IMG/VR virus record: IMGVR_UViG_3300043426_000266
Span: 62,001-126,000 of that record
Length of the DNA stretch: 64,000 nucleotides
Reading direction: 5' to 3' (one strand)
In this document: positions 36,501 to 44,983 of the stretch, piece after piece
Layout of the letters: each line of letters opens with the position of its first letter
Position numbering within the stretch: the first letter of the stretch is position 1
Position numbers and translations under genes: made by a program
Notes under the pieces: model-generated
Databases searched by the model: none
What the model was told of the DNA's origin: nothing
Seen by the model: only the letters and a program-made list of their open reading frames with translations

Positions 36501-39396
36501 AACTGATTACGACTTTGATGATGTTTGTGATAAGTACGATGATGTTAAATCAATTCTTGGAGAACTTGTTCCTGCAAGTGATAAATCTAAGGAGGAAGCA
36601 AAAGCATCTGAGGAGAAGAAAGAAGGTGGTTTGCTTGATACGGCGAAGAAGGCATTAATGTTTGCTAGTCCACTAGGCGCTGCTGTCATGGGGCTTAAAT
36701 GGACAGCGAAGAAGATTGGTGATGTTTTTAACGTTAGTATTGGTGGAATGCAAAAATCCTTTTCTACAATGATGGATAAAGCATTTAAATCTTTAAGTGA
36801 AAAATGGGAAGGAGTGAAAGGTTGGGCGAAAAATGCATGGAACTCTATAACAAACTTAGATGCCGGTGGCATGGCAGATGCTGCTAAGGACGTCGTGATG
36901 AATGCCACTCCAGTTGGCTTAGCAGCACAGGCAGCTGGAGCAGTTGGGTCAGCAGTTGGGTCAGCAGTTGGTGGCGCTGGAGATGTAATCTCCAAGGGGT
37001 GGAGAAGTTTAACTGGTAAGACTGGTGAAATGCAAAAAGCAGTTTATGAGTCGTTCATCCGAGCTGGACTAACACCTAACCAAGCAAAAGCAATTACTGC
37101 TGAAGTTGGGCGAGAAAACGACTACAACCCGAGTACTATATTTGGTACCCACGTTGACCCTGCCTCCGGGGGTAAAGCGATTAATAACATCGGGATGATT
37201 TCTTGGAATGGTCCACGAGCTGAGAAATTAGCTGCGCTACTTAGAAATCAGGGGTTGTTAGACGCGAGTGGGAAGATGGTCCAAGGTCAAGCTGCTCTAG
37301 ATGTTCAGACTAAGTTTGCTGTTTCTGAAATGAAAGGACCTTATGCTAAAGGGTTAACTAATTTCTTAAACAATCCTAATGGTGATCCTGAGAGTTTTGC
37401 TCAAGAGTTGGGTAAAAAGTATATCGTTTGGGCTTATGGTCAGACTAAACTTAAGAATGGTAAAAGTTTTGATTGGAAAGCTCATGACGATAAACGTCGA
37501 AAATATCTACAGTCTATTAGTGCTTCCGTAGGCACATCACCGGCGGGTTCAACCGCAGCTGGAGCAATACCACCAACCATCGCTAAGCCGGGGATTATGT
37601 CTGGTGCAGCAACAGGTGTGGTGGCTGGAGCAAATGCTGCGGTAACCGGTAATGCTGGTAGTGTGAAAAATTCATCAGTACCGATGATTGGTATTGGTGG
37701 AACTGATCCTACTAAAGCAGCGGGGGCAAAAGCGCAAGCCATCTCTAAATCCACCCCAATAAATGCTAAGGATGCCCAGTGGGACTTGGATAAAATCGCT
37801 GAATTTGTTAGTAAAAAAACCAAAGGTACTTTTAAACCTGGTTTAAAAATCGGACAATGTGCCTTGTATGTTCGACAAGCTCTGCAAGCTGGAGATTTAC
37901 AGAAACAAATTCCTGCTGGTTTAGGCGATGCGTGGCAACTTGGTGCTAAATTAAAAACCATGGGCTGGGCTGTAGTTGGCAATATTAACACTATTAAGCC
38001 ATTAAAGGGTGATATTGGTTTCTTTGATAAAGGTTCTTATATGTCTGGAGGTAAACCTACACCGTATGGTCACGTATGTATCTTTACTGGAAGCGCTTGG
38101 ATTTCTGATTTTACTCAAGCCTCAATTTACCCAGGTAGCCAAATGGCGAAACAAGGAGTTAAACATGAAATTCTGCGTGCTGTAAAATCTATCAGCAATG
38201 GTAAACCGGCAATGGTAAACGTAGGTAGCGAAACTCAACCTAGTCAAAATCCTGAAGCCATGGGGACTACATCTGCACCACAGAAACCAGCTACCAACAC
38301 AGGTAATGCTTCTGCTCCTGCGGCTGGTGTGGTAGCTGGGGCTAAAGCAAGCGTTGCAGCTAAAGGCTCCTCAAGTGTACCGATGATTGGTATCGGAGGA
38401 AGTGATCCGACTAAAGCTTCAACATCTGCCACAGGCGCTGTTAAGGTAGCAGCCGCTGCTGCTGGTGGTGATCTAAAAGTCCTACTGGCTAAGGCCACTC
38501 CTGAACTTGTTGCTGCTGGCAAATTACACCATAGGCTTAAAGATAAAAAAGTTACATTGGCTGGAATGAATGAGACGTTTATGACTTTATTCTGGGCGAT
38601 GTTGGGTGAAGCTAGACAGAAGGGTTTAGGTGTTGTTCAGATTAATGAAGGTGTTCGTACATTGGCAGAGCAGAGAAGACTGTACGCGTTGTTTTGTGCT
38701 GGTAAAGGTCCGTTGGCCGCTAAGCCTGGTACGTCTCGTCATGGGTTCGGACAAGCAATGGATATCAATACTGTAAATGCTGATGAACTTGATAAAAAAG
38801 GCTTATTGGCAAAATGGGGTTTCAGTCGCCCTCTCATGAAGAGACTTGCAAGTGGGAAGTTGACAGAGACTTGGCACATCGAGAACAAATTTGTTAAACG
38901 GGATGGATGCCCTGCTCCTCAGATTGAAAAAGCCAAGGAAACCACTAGCGGCGCCATGGCGCCGACTGGAACCCCTTCCGCTAACACGTCAACCGCTAAC
39001 GCGCCAGCCGCTAACGCGCCAGCAGCCAACACGGGTAATGCTTCTGTTAACGCCGTGGTTAATGCTGCTGGCTATGGAATGACAAACACTGTTTCTAATC
39101 AACAACAAACCGACTCAATTAGTTCTTCGTCAGCTAATGATATTTTAACAAGACAGTTGGAGGTACAAACTCAGATTAGAAATGCGGTTGTTGAGTTAAA
39201 AGACTTTATTGTTAAACCCGTTTCTGCAGAAGAACGACAACGTTTAGAGGAGATGAAAAAACCTGCTGATATGCAATCTATTGGAGAGCAAATCGGCAAG
39301 TCAATTACTGAGGCAATTGGAAACAAGTTGTCTGGTAATAAAAGTAATTTAGATCTTCAAAAACCAAGGGCTCCAATTTCAGTGAGTAAGTTTTAA
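30511..39396 (+). CDS. tail tape-measure-like lysin (phiKZ gp181-like) with phage-tail lysozyme, CHAP-like and M15 peptidase domains
   Basis: 2961 aa, divergent from vRNAP beta'. Lysozyme-like AITAEVGRE...GMISW; CHAP-like GQCALYV...GHVCIF; M15 SRHGFGQAMD...ETWH. Confidence 0.85.
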   Translation: MAKRDIDDFEELDLGLDDDMGYEDNNRPSSDRKASIFSRSKNYAKSHYKAKFEDRNERKRLLKQAIPGSYGSAVDLAFDMKDDYDSIKYEVSKEWQKSKGPFKKLLKSQEGTLRALRLKKLADWANEEDRGRYAEEAVDQDDALTANLMGDFTKYKNSPAEKEKAATDKVDQKEKESDQEFKSKTLSATLKGTANLTSILKELQNQTSYQDQITFQYQRKNLEFNIRNFIESKKQTELLRTYKEEAISELKEIHKNTALPDAVKINQSELAGQIFKEKMLGNVASYFDGKMSTMRRKIVSRVKDRLLELTRDMGTNIEGMLEAASSQQESGGGSLLGMFGQMFADSKLDKPYNYVTGKATKYIRNKLGANTKINKFGKGLNSLIANAGTLGNEALITGKTGNKLLDGLSSFLGLNQAATTRSTRLRNSLSDNLDTATYMDVKFKQTVERVIPGWLSLIHKETYLTRIGSNSDKDYKKKSWDWDKEDFDNDQNVKDRAFTKVFKKENIEQFSMAMENVLRVYDPIAFLTLDARNELKDWIYNKIQSSRSPSFYNLMLEINTFKNKATRAQLIQLANFAADIHEEDLEYAEEGLLSEGKLIMRRPKYAEWAKKAKPYIDELASRPLFDINELMRIANTEQGKVFEEMGLVTRDGSGNLDMSVDYEKKIVRKMTSMDYKQIAKLKEGEGQSYRNNRGQQETRNRMELDNENMQDTIDDWLNSDARIDDKTYAILQTLLNNDTLDARSKKANEKKIKNILSSLIFQTNDEIREGKKSGRIATRAAGGIIPSFAKGGKNRKKKGKKSYLEAYKGGSTGNAPVDEGQLAIVHGQEFVTDATTTENNETLLELMNKFKAPVFLPDGKVNPVYYKAMGYEDEEEFRKDQSQQLRLAKKKLRADKFSAGARTGSAWVANKVKGLEGRDNSKTKEKIKAAASEITEEGKRIFDEAYKALNGMSEQQLQSVYSKLMTATDSSIFNASENALIASDASTHKKVLTVIKAKLREENRTKIVAELAKALGSQFYKKAKDRLKTFLNGGTEDTATTDNLKQVYNFGKNKVTGAYGEIKNFAGEQFNKTALKGRYDQAKGLMQKAWKELAIDIYLVVNPALVRLSAAGFESGMYIDKATGRVLESHHDINGEVVNTQGNIVLTDEELGKGLLDKEGNRINPSSLARYRNIARNKAVEAYNKYAKKHVDKYLNKGADLLLTAAERWQRMFKETVIDVYVTGKGDKPILTAVGFRAGEYLSTVSKKVLTDYLDIDGPVMTKNGQYLLLAEDLGNLIDKDGKPIKPTKLGGIGQRLFGIASEALGLGRIKTFGKKMFDKAKAFSAKKMAENFSKAGADAVDVYLADKMDTPTLYAKEFREGLYLDQATGEKLANHYMIKGPVIKTLDNGSVEVVLTAEDLQKGFVDAEGKPLPVVKVDFLRGSFFKGMLGNRLDGAKGRVKNFLNRFKKEKAEEVTEEAPTQTGSNKVIYYKDPLDGGLLPAFDLDAIKNWELYQVNLDTDNPDATVSRISDLSEIQKGFTVYRLKTGKSAPADKPMTVALLNSLGFIAVRSSVNQGVWFDEKGKKFKAEKKKPEQQGGQSKFSKLKGKLGSKLGGLKDKLKGKFTDEEGNFRIGSWQWKRKKKEEDGWFGRLGSALGLGKKKGDENPAKPSWLKTMFGWFSKKFIFMGLAAAGLVKALGAKISLGSMAAGLLAVKGISWALKKSLTGLVFKPLMNLIPWLGTKIMGAVRGRGMMGNGIGGLGKVARIGGAALGAHAIYKGLKGEEQFDENGDPIVDSEGNAVVKKDYMGAALGAVGVASMIPGVGGMAMSAGAALLTNPVGWAILGGVAVGAASYWLGKKALGWWKKGNALEESPLSAFRMIQYGFSPIDDKTMQPILQLEGYLSGMLVSGNDGINISNQVDPNGVFGIFGLKYGTGDAERNKSFLAWFLGRFKPVYLSYVKQMNAIKKTYKLDGIDTSVTAADRLSILENVHFKNQTDMNPYNIPVSPFEDPDETDYDFDDVCDKYDDVKSILGELVPASDKSKEEAKASEEKKEGGLLDTAKKALMFASPLGAAVMGLKWTAKKIGDVFNVSIGGMQKSFSTMMDKAFKSLSEKWEGVKGWAKNAWNSITNLDAGGMADAAKDVVMNATPVGLAAQAAGAVGSAVGSAVGGAGDVISKGWRSLTGKTGEMQKAVYESFIRAGLTPNQAKAITAEVGRENDYNPSTIFGTHVDPASGGKAINNIGMISWNGPRAEKLAALLRNQGLLDASGKMVQGQAALDVQTKFAVSEMKGPYAKGLTNFLNNPNGDPESFAQELGKKYIVWAYGQTKLKNGKSFDWKAHDDKRRKYLQSISASVGTSPAGSTAAGAIPPTIAKPGIMSGAATGVVAGANAAVTGNAGSVKNSSVPMIGIGGTDPTKAAGAKAQAISKSTPINAKDAQWDLDKIAEFVSKKTKGTFKPGLKIGQCALYVRQALQAGDLQKQIPAGLGDAWQLGAKLKTMGWAVVGNINTIKPLKGDIGFFDKGSYMSGGKPTPYGHVCIFTGSAWISDFTQASIYPGSQMAKQGVKHEILRAVKSISNGKPAMVNVGSETQPSQNPEAMGTTSAPQKPATNTGNASAPAAGVVAGAKASVAAKGSSSVPMIGIGGSDPTKASTSATGAVKVAAAAAGGDLKVLLAKATPELVAAGKLHHRLKDKKVTLAGMNETFMTLFWAMLGEARQKGLGVVQINEGVRTLAEQRRLYALFCAGKGPLAAKPGTSRHGFGQAMDINTVNADELDKKGLLAKWGFSRPLMKRLASGKLTETWHIENKFVKRDGCPAPQIEKAKETTSGAMAPTGTPSANTSTANAPAANAPAANTGNASVNAVVNAAGYGMTNTVSNQQQTDSISSSSANDILTRQLEVQTQIRNAVVELKDFIVKPVSAEERQRLEEMKKPADMQSIGEQIGKSITEAIGNKLSGNKSNLDLQKPRAPISVSKF
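33793..34760 (+). repeat. three internal protein repeats at exact 123-aa periodicity in the lysin
   Basis: IDIYL (33793), IDVYV (34162) and VDVYL (34531) are each 369 nt apart, with a shared G.Y...T....DI.G.V....L..E.L..G..D..G.. pattern. Confidence 0.75.
36940..36975 (+). repeat. 12-nt tandem repeat (AVGS) in linker
   Basis: GCAGTTGGGTCA x2 + GCAGTTGGTGGC. Confidence 0.7.
38978..39035 (+). repeat. 15-nt tandem repeat (ANAPA/ANTST) in linker
   Basis: CCGCTAACACGTCAA CCGCTAACGCGCCAG CCGCTAACGCGCCAG CAGCCAACACGGG. Confidence 0.7.
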
Positions 39397-39400
39397 ATTT

Positions 39401-39430
39401 AAAGAAGGGGGTGATGCCCCTTCTTTATTT
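39401..39430 (+). terminator. intrinsic terminator
   Basis: AAAGAAGGGG-GTGATG-CCCCTTCTTT followed by ATTT. Confidence 0.7.
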
Positions 39431-39444
39431 AACGAGGAGGCATT

Positions 39445-41694
39445 ATGACAATTTCTTTTTTGAACTTGTCCGGTAGTCCAAAAATTAAAGACAGTGATTG
39501 GTTATCAAATTGTTTTATGTTATCATCTAAAAACATTGACAAATCCGCTTATAGCGCAATGATGTTATCTAGCGCACATCGTAAGTTTACCGATACTCGA
39601 ATCGGTGGGAATGTAGCAATTAACATGCCGCCTGCTTATACGCGGTTTGCTGACCCTAGAGCAACGGGGTTGAATGTTAAAAACATTCGAGGAACCAGAC
39701 CTGCTGGATTGGGGATGTATTGGTCTGATCAGATTGATGAACCTGCACAGATCATTCACCTTCAATTTGGAGTTCCGACGTTTCGGGGGATGCTTTCATT
39801 CTTTACATCAGTTTCGAATGTAGAAGCTGGTATTTTGGCTCGTACTGGTCGTGTGCCTATTTCATTCTTTGTTGGGCAGATTGTTGGGTTTGTTGTTGGG
39901 TTACGCTTATTACCTTTTATTCTAGTTGGTAAAGTAATGAAATATTTACTCAACCGTCAGGGTTCTAAGTACTATAATTTTAAACCCGCAATGCATCCTT
40001 ATTGGAACCGAGTTAATTTTATTGCAAACTCATTTGCAGTATCTGAAGGGATTGTTGACCGTGGCTATGGTCCAACTTCTGAACGTACACTTGCAGATGG
40101 TGTGAAACAAAACGGTGCAAACTTTGAAAACAATTTAGAAGCCAATAATACTGCATTAGAACCGTCTAATGTTGCTTCTGATAAACGACTTATGCGTGCA
40201 GCACATGCAGCTTGTCCTGAGTTGTTTTTAGAAAACGGCGGGGTCGATGTCTATCGAATAGCAATGCGTTATCAAAGTCTTGCGAATGCTCGCCGTGAGT
40301 TTATTGAAACTTTGGCTAAAAACGATGACCCTAAGACCTTGGTCACTCGATTGATTGAGGCTATGTATGTTAAAAAATATAACGTTAACTCGGAGGAGAA
40401 TATTCACAAATTAAGAGAAATTCATCAAGGTGAATACGCCGGTAAAGATTACCATGATGGTAAAGCGGATGCAATTACATCCCAAGCTAATGGTGAAGCT
40501 GAAAAAGCGCTGAAGACAGCGATGGCAAGTAGTACAACTACTGCTGACCAAGCAAATGCCGGAACAACACCAAGCACGGCGCCGCCTGCAGCCACAGAAA
40601 CACCCGCTGCGACTGCGGCGAATGGGGAAGCGACCATAGATCGTGAAAAAGCATATGACACTTTTGACACGACACTAATTACTGACCCAACAACCAAAGA
40701 AGTCAAACCGAAAGATGGTTGGTTTAAAAGCTGGTGGAATGGATTAGCTGGTGATGCGAAAGCAGGGTACGCGGGGGCTTTTTCTTGGGTGAGCTTTAAG
40801 GTAAATGCGACTGGTCCTGTTTCTGCAAGCTTCAGTAACTCAACGTCAACTCCTGAGATTAAGTCATCAATCAATGGATTCTCATCAACCGCTTCTAAAA
40901 TGAGGTTTAACTTTTCACAGGGCGCCACAGGGATCCCAGGAGTTGATACTTTGGTGTCTGGTATTAAAAATGCGGCTCTAGGGTTTGCATCTGGTGTAGA
41001 GTTAATGGGTTTGGTGTCAATGGCGGGAACTTCGTTTATTGATATTCCAGATACTTGGGAGGATTCATCGGCTAACCTACCATCAGAGTCATACGACATT
41101 CATTTGCGTAGCCCGTATGGGAATGCGTTATCACGTTACATGAATTTGTATATTCCATTATCTATGTTGTTGGCTGGCGCGTTACCAATCTCAACTGGTC
41201 GTCAATCTTATGCTTCTCCGTTTATCTGTCAGCTATACTCAGTAGGTCGTTCGGCAACTAAACTAGGGATGATTGATAATTTACAGATTACACACGGGGT
41301 TGGTAATGTTGGATTTAACCATGAAAAAAAACCCCTAGGTATTGATGTTAACTTGACTATTAAGGATTTAAACCGTAGTGTTCATGCTCCAATTGATACA
41401 GGTGGGATGATCTTAAACCCTTTGAATGCATTGTCTATCTTTGACGACGATAACGCATTCAATGAATACTTAAATGTTTTAACTGCGATGAGTGTTGCAG
41501 ATATGACAATGAGTACTCGTAAACTTCATCGTTCAATGCAATTGAAAATGATGCAATATGACTCTTTCTTTAGCGCTGGCCATTTTACATTAGCAGCAGC
41601 GGAATCCGCCCCAGGGCGCGCATTGCGTTCAGTGGGGTCGGTTGCCGGATTGGTATTCCCAAGTGTTGCACCTGGAATGAACCGTATACAATAA
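39445..41694 (+). CDS. baseplate hub/tail-tip protein (phiKZ gp182-like)
   Basis: 749 aa directly after the lysin; DTRIGGN..IN.PP..T.FAD, I.L.FGVP, L.SPYGN, GMI..L.IT.G motifs. Confidence 0.7.
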   Translation: MTISFLNLSGSPKIKDSDWLSNCFMLSSKNIDKSAYSAMMLSSAHRKFTDTRIGGNVAINMPPAYTRFADPRATGLNVKNIRGTRPAGLGMYWSDQIDEPAQIIHLQFGVPTFRGMLSFFTSVSNVEAGILARTGRVPISFFVGQIVGFVVGLRLLPFILVGKVMKYLLNRQGSKYYNFKPAMHPYWNRVNFIANSFAVSEGIVDRGYGPTSERTLADGVKQNGANFENNLEANNTALEPSNVASDKRLMRAAHAACPELFLENGGVDVYRIAMRYQSLANARREFIETLAKNDDPKTLVTRLIEAMYVKKYNVNSEENIHKLREIHQGEYAGKDYHDGKADAITSQANGEAEKALKTAMASSTTTADQANAGTTPSTAPPAATETPAATAANGEATIDREKAYDTFDTTLITDPTTKEVKPKDGWFKSWWNGLAGDAKAGYAGAFSWVSFKVNATGPVSASFSNSTSTPEIKSSINGFSSTASKMRFNFSQGATGIPGVDTLVSGIKNAALGFASGVELMGLVSMAGTSFIDIPDTWEDSSANLPSESYDIHLRSPYGNALSRYMNLYIPLSMLLAGALPISTGRQSYASPFICQLYSVGRSATKLGMIDNLQITHGVGNVGFNHEKKPLGIDVNLTIKDLNRSVHAPIDTGGMILNPLNALSIFDDDNAFNEYLNVLTAMSVADMTMSTRKLHRSMQLKMMQYDSFFSAGHFTLAAAESAPGRALRSVGSVAGLVFPSVAPGMNRIQ

Positions 41695-41724
41695 AGAGAG
41701 GAGCCTAGGCTCCTCTCTTTTCTT
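41693..41724 (+). terminator. intrinsic terminator (28-bp perfect palindrome)
   Basis: AAAGAGAGGAGC-CTAG-GCTCCTCTCTTT. Confidence 0.85.
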
Positions 41725-41745
41725 TATGTTGATTCCATTTTATTT

Positions 41746-41767
41746 CAGATATATATTACTTACATGA
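41746..41767 (+). promoter_or_regulatory. early promoter motif
   Basis: CAGATATATATTACTTACATGA. Confidence 0.75.
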
Positions 41768-41811
41768 ATAAATCCATTTATTAAACTTTTATTTTCAAAA
41801 AGGAAATTACC

Positions 41812-42144
41812 ATGAATACTGTTTCTACCACTGTTGACACTGCTGAAACTATTGCTAAAATTCAAGCCAATATAGATGCAATCGCTGCGTCTAACTTTGG
41901 TATTCATTTTTGCTGCAAAACCGCAGCGACAGCGATTAAGTTTGCTACACACGTTATGAACGATGTTGGTAATCCGTTTTATGGTGACAAAGTAGAAGTC
42001 AACAACCGTGAGGTTGTTATCTGTCCACCTAATAGTAACACATCATACAACGTGTGCAAACTAGCAGAAATATTCTGCACCGAGTTTTCTAATCAGTTTG
42101 GGATTGATATTATCGACTTCACTGAAACTGTTCATTACAACTAA
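41812..42144 (+). CDS. hypothetical early protein
   Basis: 110 aa with AAGGA RBS. Confidence 0.75.
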   Translation: MNTVSTTVDTAETIAKIQANIDAIAASNFGIHFCCKTAATAIKFATHVMNDVGNPFYGDKVEVNNREVVICPPNSNTSYNVCKLAEIFCTEFSNQFGIDIIDFTETVHYN

Positions 42145-42157
42145 TGGATAATTTCAA

Positions 42158-42213
42158 AACCCGTATTGATAGTTTGGGGTTATAAAACTATCTGCCTGCT
42201 AAGGTGAAAATAT
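42158..42213 (+). ncRNA. candidate structured RNA element (H-type pseudoknot + TGCC-N6-GGTGAAAATAT), copy 2
   Basis: AACCC/GGGTT and GATAGTTT/AAACTATC pairings; same spacing as the copy at 11094. Confidence 0.55.
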
Positions 42214-42249
42214 ATAACTTCTTAATCAAAACCATTGGAGATAATACCA

Positions 42250-42354
42250 TGAACGTAATAATTGAAATTTCAGAAAGCAAAGTCAAAGAGCTTGATAAAA
42301 TTAGTTTTGAAGAACTTGTAAAGCAGGTTCTTCAGAACGTAGAAATAAAGTAAG
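42250..42354 (+). CDS. 34-aa microprotein (not in ORF track)
   Basis: MNVIIEISESKVKELDKISFEELVKQVLQNVEIK; GGAG RBS. Confidence 0.55.
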
Positions 42355-42394
42355 GGCAACCCCTACTTTATTTTTTGTTTAATCTAAATAATTA

Positions 42395-42416
42395 CAAATA
42401 TAAATTATATACATGA
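42395..42416 (+). promoter_or_regulatory. early promoter motif variant
   Basis: CAAATATAAATTATATACATGA. Confidence 0.6.
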
Positions 42417-42454
42417 CTCAAACGTCATAACCTTCATTATCAAGGAATTTAATC

Positions 42455-42706
42455 ATGCGTACTTTTACACTACAAGATCTTCTTCAAACCATTAAAAATA
42501 AACGGGCAGCTCTAAATGAGATTGCTGGTTATTATCCTAAAGTCTATTTGGATGAAAAGCCGAGTTTATTGGTACATGGTGTTGTTGACAATATTAATGC
42601 CTCCGTGGTTCGTTTTAGTTTAGAGCCTAAAGAAAATGTGGAGTACGTCGAATACCCCCGCTACTCCGGGATTATGGTGATTAAACCCCAACCCCTGGAG
42701 AGCTGA
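42455..42706 (+). CDS. hypothetical early protein
   Basis: 83 aa with a CATTATCAAGGA leader. Confidence 0.75.
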   Translation: MRTFTLQDLLQTIKNKRAALNEIAGYYPKVYLDEKPSLLVHGVVDNINASVVRFSLEPKENVEYVEYPRYSGIMVIKPQPLES

Positions 42707-42707
42707 T

Positions 42708-43334
42708 ATGTATTTGCGTTTACGATGTGTGGTTACCGGAGATATTGGCGATATTTGCCAGCCCTCGGATAACCGGCGGGCTCAAGCAAATCTAAAGCTC
42801 AAAAAATCTGTGAGGGGTGTGCAACTTATAAGTTCAACAAAGGGTTTAAATTTCCTTGCATACAACCGATGGTTCACACTTAGAGATATACGTGTTAATG
42901 TGTTGGATTTTGATTTTGTCTCTAACGACTATTCCTGGTTGAGTAGTTTAGAAATCCCTGGAGTGTTTGAGATTGGTGGATTAAAATTCGATTTATTTAA
43001 ACAGACGGTTGTGCTTAGACCTGGTCAAACCATTAGAGGTAGTCTAGTTGACTTAAACTTACCTTGTCGATTCTCTAATAGCATTACTAACCACGCTGTT
43101 AATGCAGGTAAACCTACTATTGAACTTCTTAGCGATACAGACCTTTTAACCTTATCTGTGTTTACTGAGCCGGTTTATCAAACCTCAATGATCACTATGG
43201 ATTATGTTAAAATAGCAAGAGATATACTGATATCGAAAGGGTTCGTTACTCAATCTGATTACGATACCCTTGACGAAGAATATAAGTTTACTTGTCGCGG
43301 GGAGTTGGTTAATGTCAATCTTTACAAAATCTGA
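42708..43334 (+). CDS. hypothetical protein
   Basis: 208 aa with GGAG RBS. Confidence 0.75.
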   Translation: MYLRLRCVVTGDIGDICQPSDNRRAQANLKLKKSVRGVQLISSTKGLNFLAYNRWFTLRDIRVNVLDFDFVSNDYSWLSSLEIPGVFEIGGLKFDLFKQTVVLRPGQTIRGSLVDLNLPCRFSNSITNHAVNAGKPTIELLSDTDLLTLSVFTEPVYQTSMITMDYVKIARDILISKGFVTQSDYDTLDEEYKFTCRGELVNVNLYKI

Positions 43335-44109
43335 ATTCGTCATTCAAACTGCTCCACAATTTGGAACTACATTTTACGCATTTCTAACTTATCTGGAATG
43401 TTTAAACAAAACTCAACCTAAAGGATTATCTCTTGATTTAGGCACCATTAATAAATCAGGTGTGATGGAATGGTTTAACACAGACTCGCCAGCGAAACTA
43501 TCTGAAGCCTTAGGTGATTTAAATGTTGCTGAAATAGGGAGCGATCTCGTTATGTTTAGTCTGAACCCAGATGCAGACTCAGCAGTTCGACTCGGTTTTA
43601 ATCTAGTAACCAATGAGCTTGTTTCCTTTTCTTACTCCTGCCCACCAGCTTTAGCGGAAAAAGAGGTTTACCGTATAGACGGGTTGTCTATTTTTAAAGT
43701 CACGAACTCGTTCGTTTTCACCAACGGTGAACCCAAGGAACATTGTTTTATCGTCACTCTGAATAATCATTTAACCCCCTTTATTGAAAGAGTAAAAGGG
43801 AAGGAATTAATAAAACCTATTATAGAGCGAACTACTGGTTTTAAGAAACTTGCTTGTAATGAGTTTTTAGAAGGGGTTCTTGGTGAGCCAGAACCTATTG
43901 TTGAACCAAGTGTTTTTAATCCACAGCCTGACGAAAACGCTGCCAATCTACAGTTTTTAAAACAAACTATTCCTAACATTAAAACCACTATTCCAGTGGA
44001 AACAATCATGGAACATGCTGACCAATACGGTGTATTCGTATTAGAATTTATCTACGAGGTAAAACAGAAAATGGAGCTTGATAATGAGCAACAACCCCCT
44101 ACTGTGTAA
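43312..44109 (+). CDS. hypothetical protein
   Basis: ORF track 43270..44109; ATG 43312 after GGAG. Confidence 0.75.
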   Translation: MSIFTKSEFVIQTAPQFGTTFYAFLTYLECLNKTQPKGLSLDLGTINKSGVMEWFNTDSPAKLSEALGDLNVAEIGSDLVMFSLNPDADSAVRLGFNLVTNELVSFSYSCPPALAEKEVYRIDGLSIFKVTNSFVFTNGEPKEHCFIVTLNNHLTPFIERVKGKELIKPIIERTTGFKKLACNEFLEGVLGEPEPIVEPSVFNPQPDENAANLQFLKQTIPNIKTTIPVETIMEHADQYGVFVLEFIYEVKQKMELDNEQQPPTV

Positions 44110-44971
44110 TCACACCAAGTATAAACGGGCAGTGTACTTCACAAACAAAGACCATGTATCTATGGTCTTAACAGCAAAACGCACTTATAGTGCTGACGGT
44201 GCTGAGGATGACGTTACAACATTACAGTCAAAGGAGCATGTGGTTGCCTACATGGTTGAGGCTGAACCTGTTATCCAATCTGGATTCTATGAAAATCGTT
44301 TGTCTTATCATGAACTTAAAAACATGAGAATGAACAAGGACATTCAATTAAATTATGCAAAGATCTGCGTTAATGAAGATTCTTGTGTTTATAAGTTTGA
44401 TGGTTTTGAAATTCGTTTTAAGGTTTATGTTGAAAAACCCAATGGTTATCTAAAAGGACTTTTAGTTCAAGAACGTCTTGAGGTTATTCCACCCGAAGTC
44501 TTGACGTACCTTGCAGGGTTTAATAATCCGCTTGAGCGTTATAACCTACTACCTTCCGGTTACGGATGGGATGGGGTTCGTACCGGACTTGAGTTAATCA
44601 CTGCCCGTAAAATTCAACAACTTATTATTGGTGACTATAAGTGGGAAGGAATTAGCGATGGATTTATTACTAAGATCCAAGACGCTTCCATCTTTACCCC
44701 GTCTAAAATGATCGAGTTGGATTGGTGTAATGCTATTTCTGTTGACCGTAAACTGGATCGCTCATTGCGTATCGGTGAGCGGAATCCAGAATCCGAAATT
44801 TTTATTATTGGACAAAACGCAGGGTTAAGTAAATTACTTAGTTCTGATTCAGATATTGCGAGATTTGACTTGCCGGATGAATTTGATCGTTGTGTGTTGA
44901 TTAAAACAAACATGATCAAGAACCCTAAATTAACTTATGGGGTAAACATCCAGTTGTTCAAATATACATAA
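44084..44971 (+). CDS. hypothetical protein
   Basis: ATG 44084 after GGAG. Confidence 0.75.
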   Translation: MSNNPLLCNHTKYKRAVYFTNKDHVSMVLTAKRTYSADGAEDDVTTLQSKEHVVAYMVEAEPVIQSGFYENRLSYHELKNMRMNKDIQLNYAKICVNEDSCVYKFDGFEIRFKVYVEKPNGYLKGLLVQERLEVIPPEVLTYLAGFNNPLERYNLLPSGYGWDGVRTGLELITARKIQQLIIGDYKWEGISDGFITKIQDASIFTPSKMIELDWCNAISVDRKLDRSLRIGERNPESEIFIIGQNAGLSKLLSSDSDIARFDLPDEFDRCVLIKTNMIKNPKLTYGVNIQLFKYT

Positions 44972-44983
44972 TTGGAGATTAAA

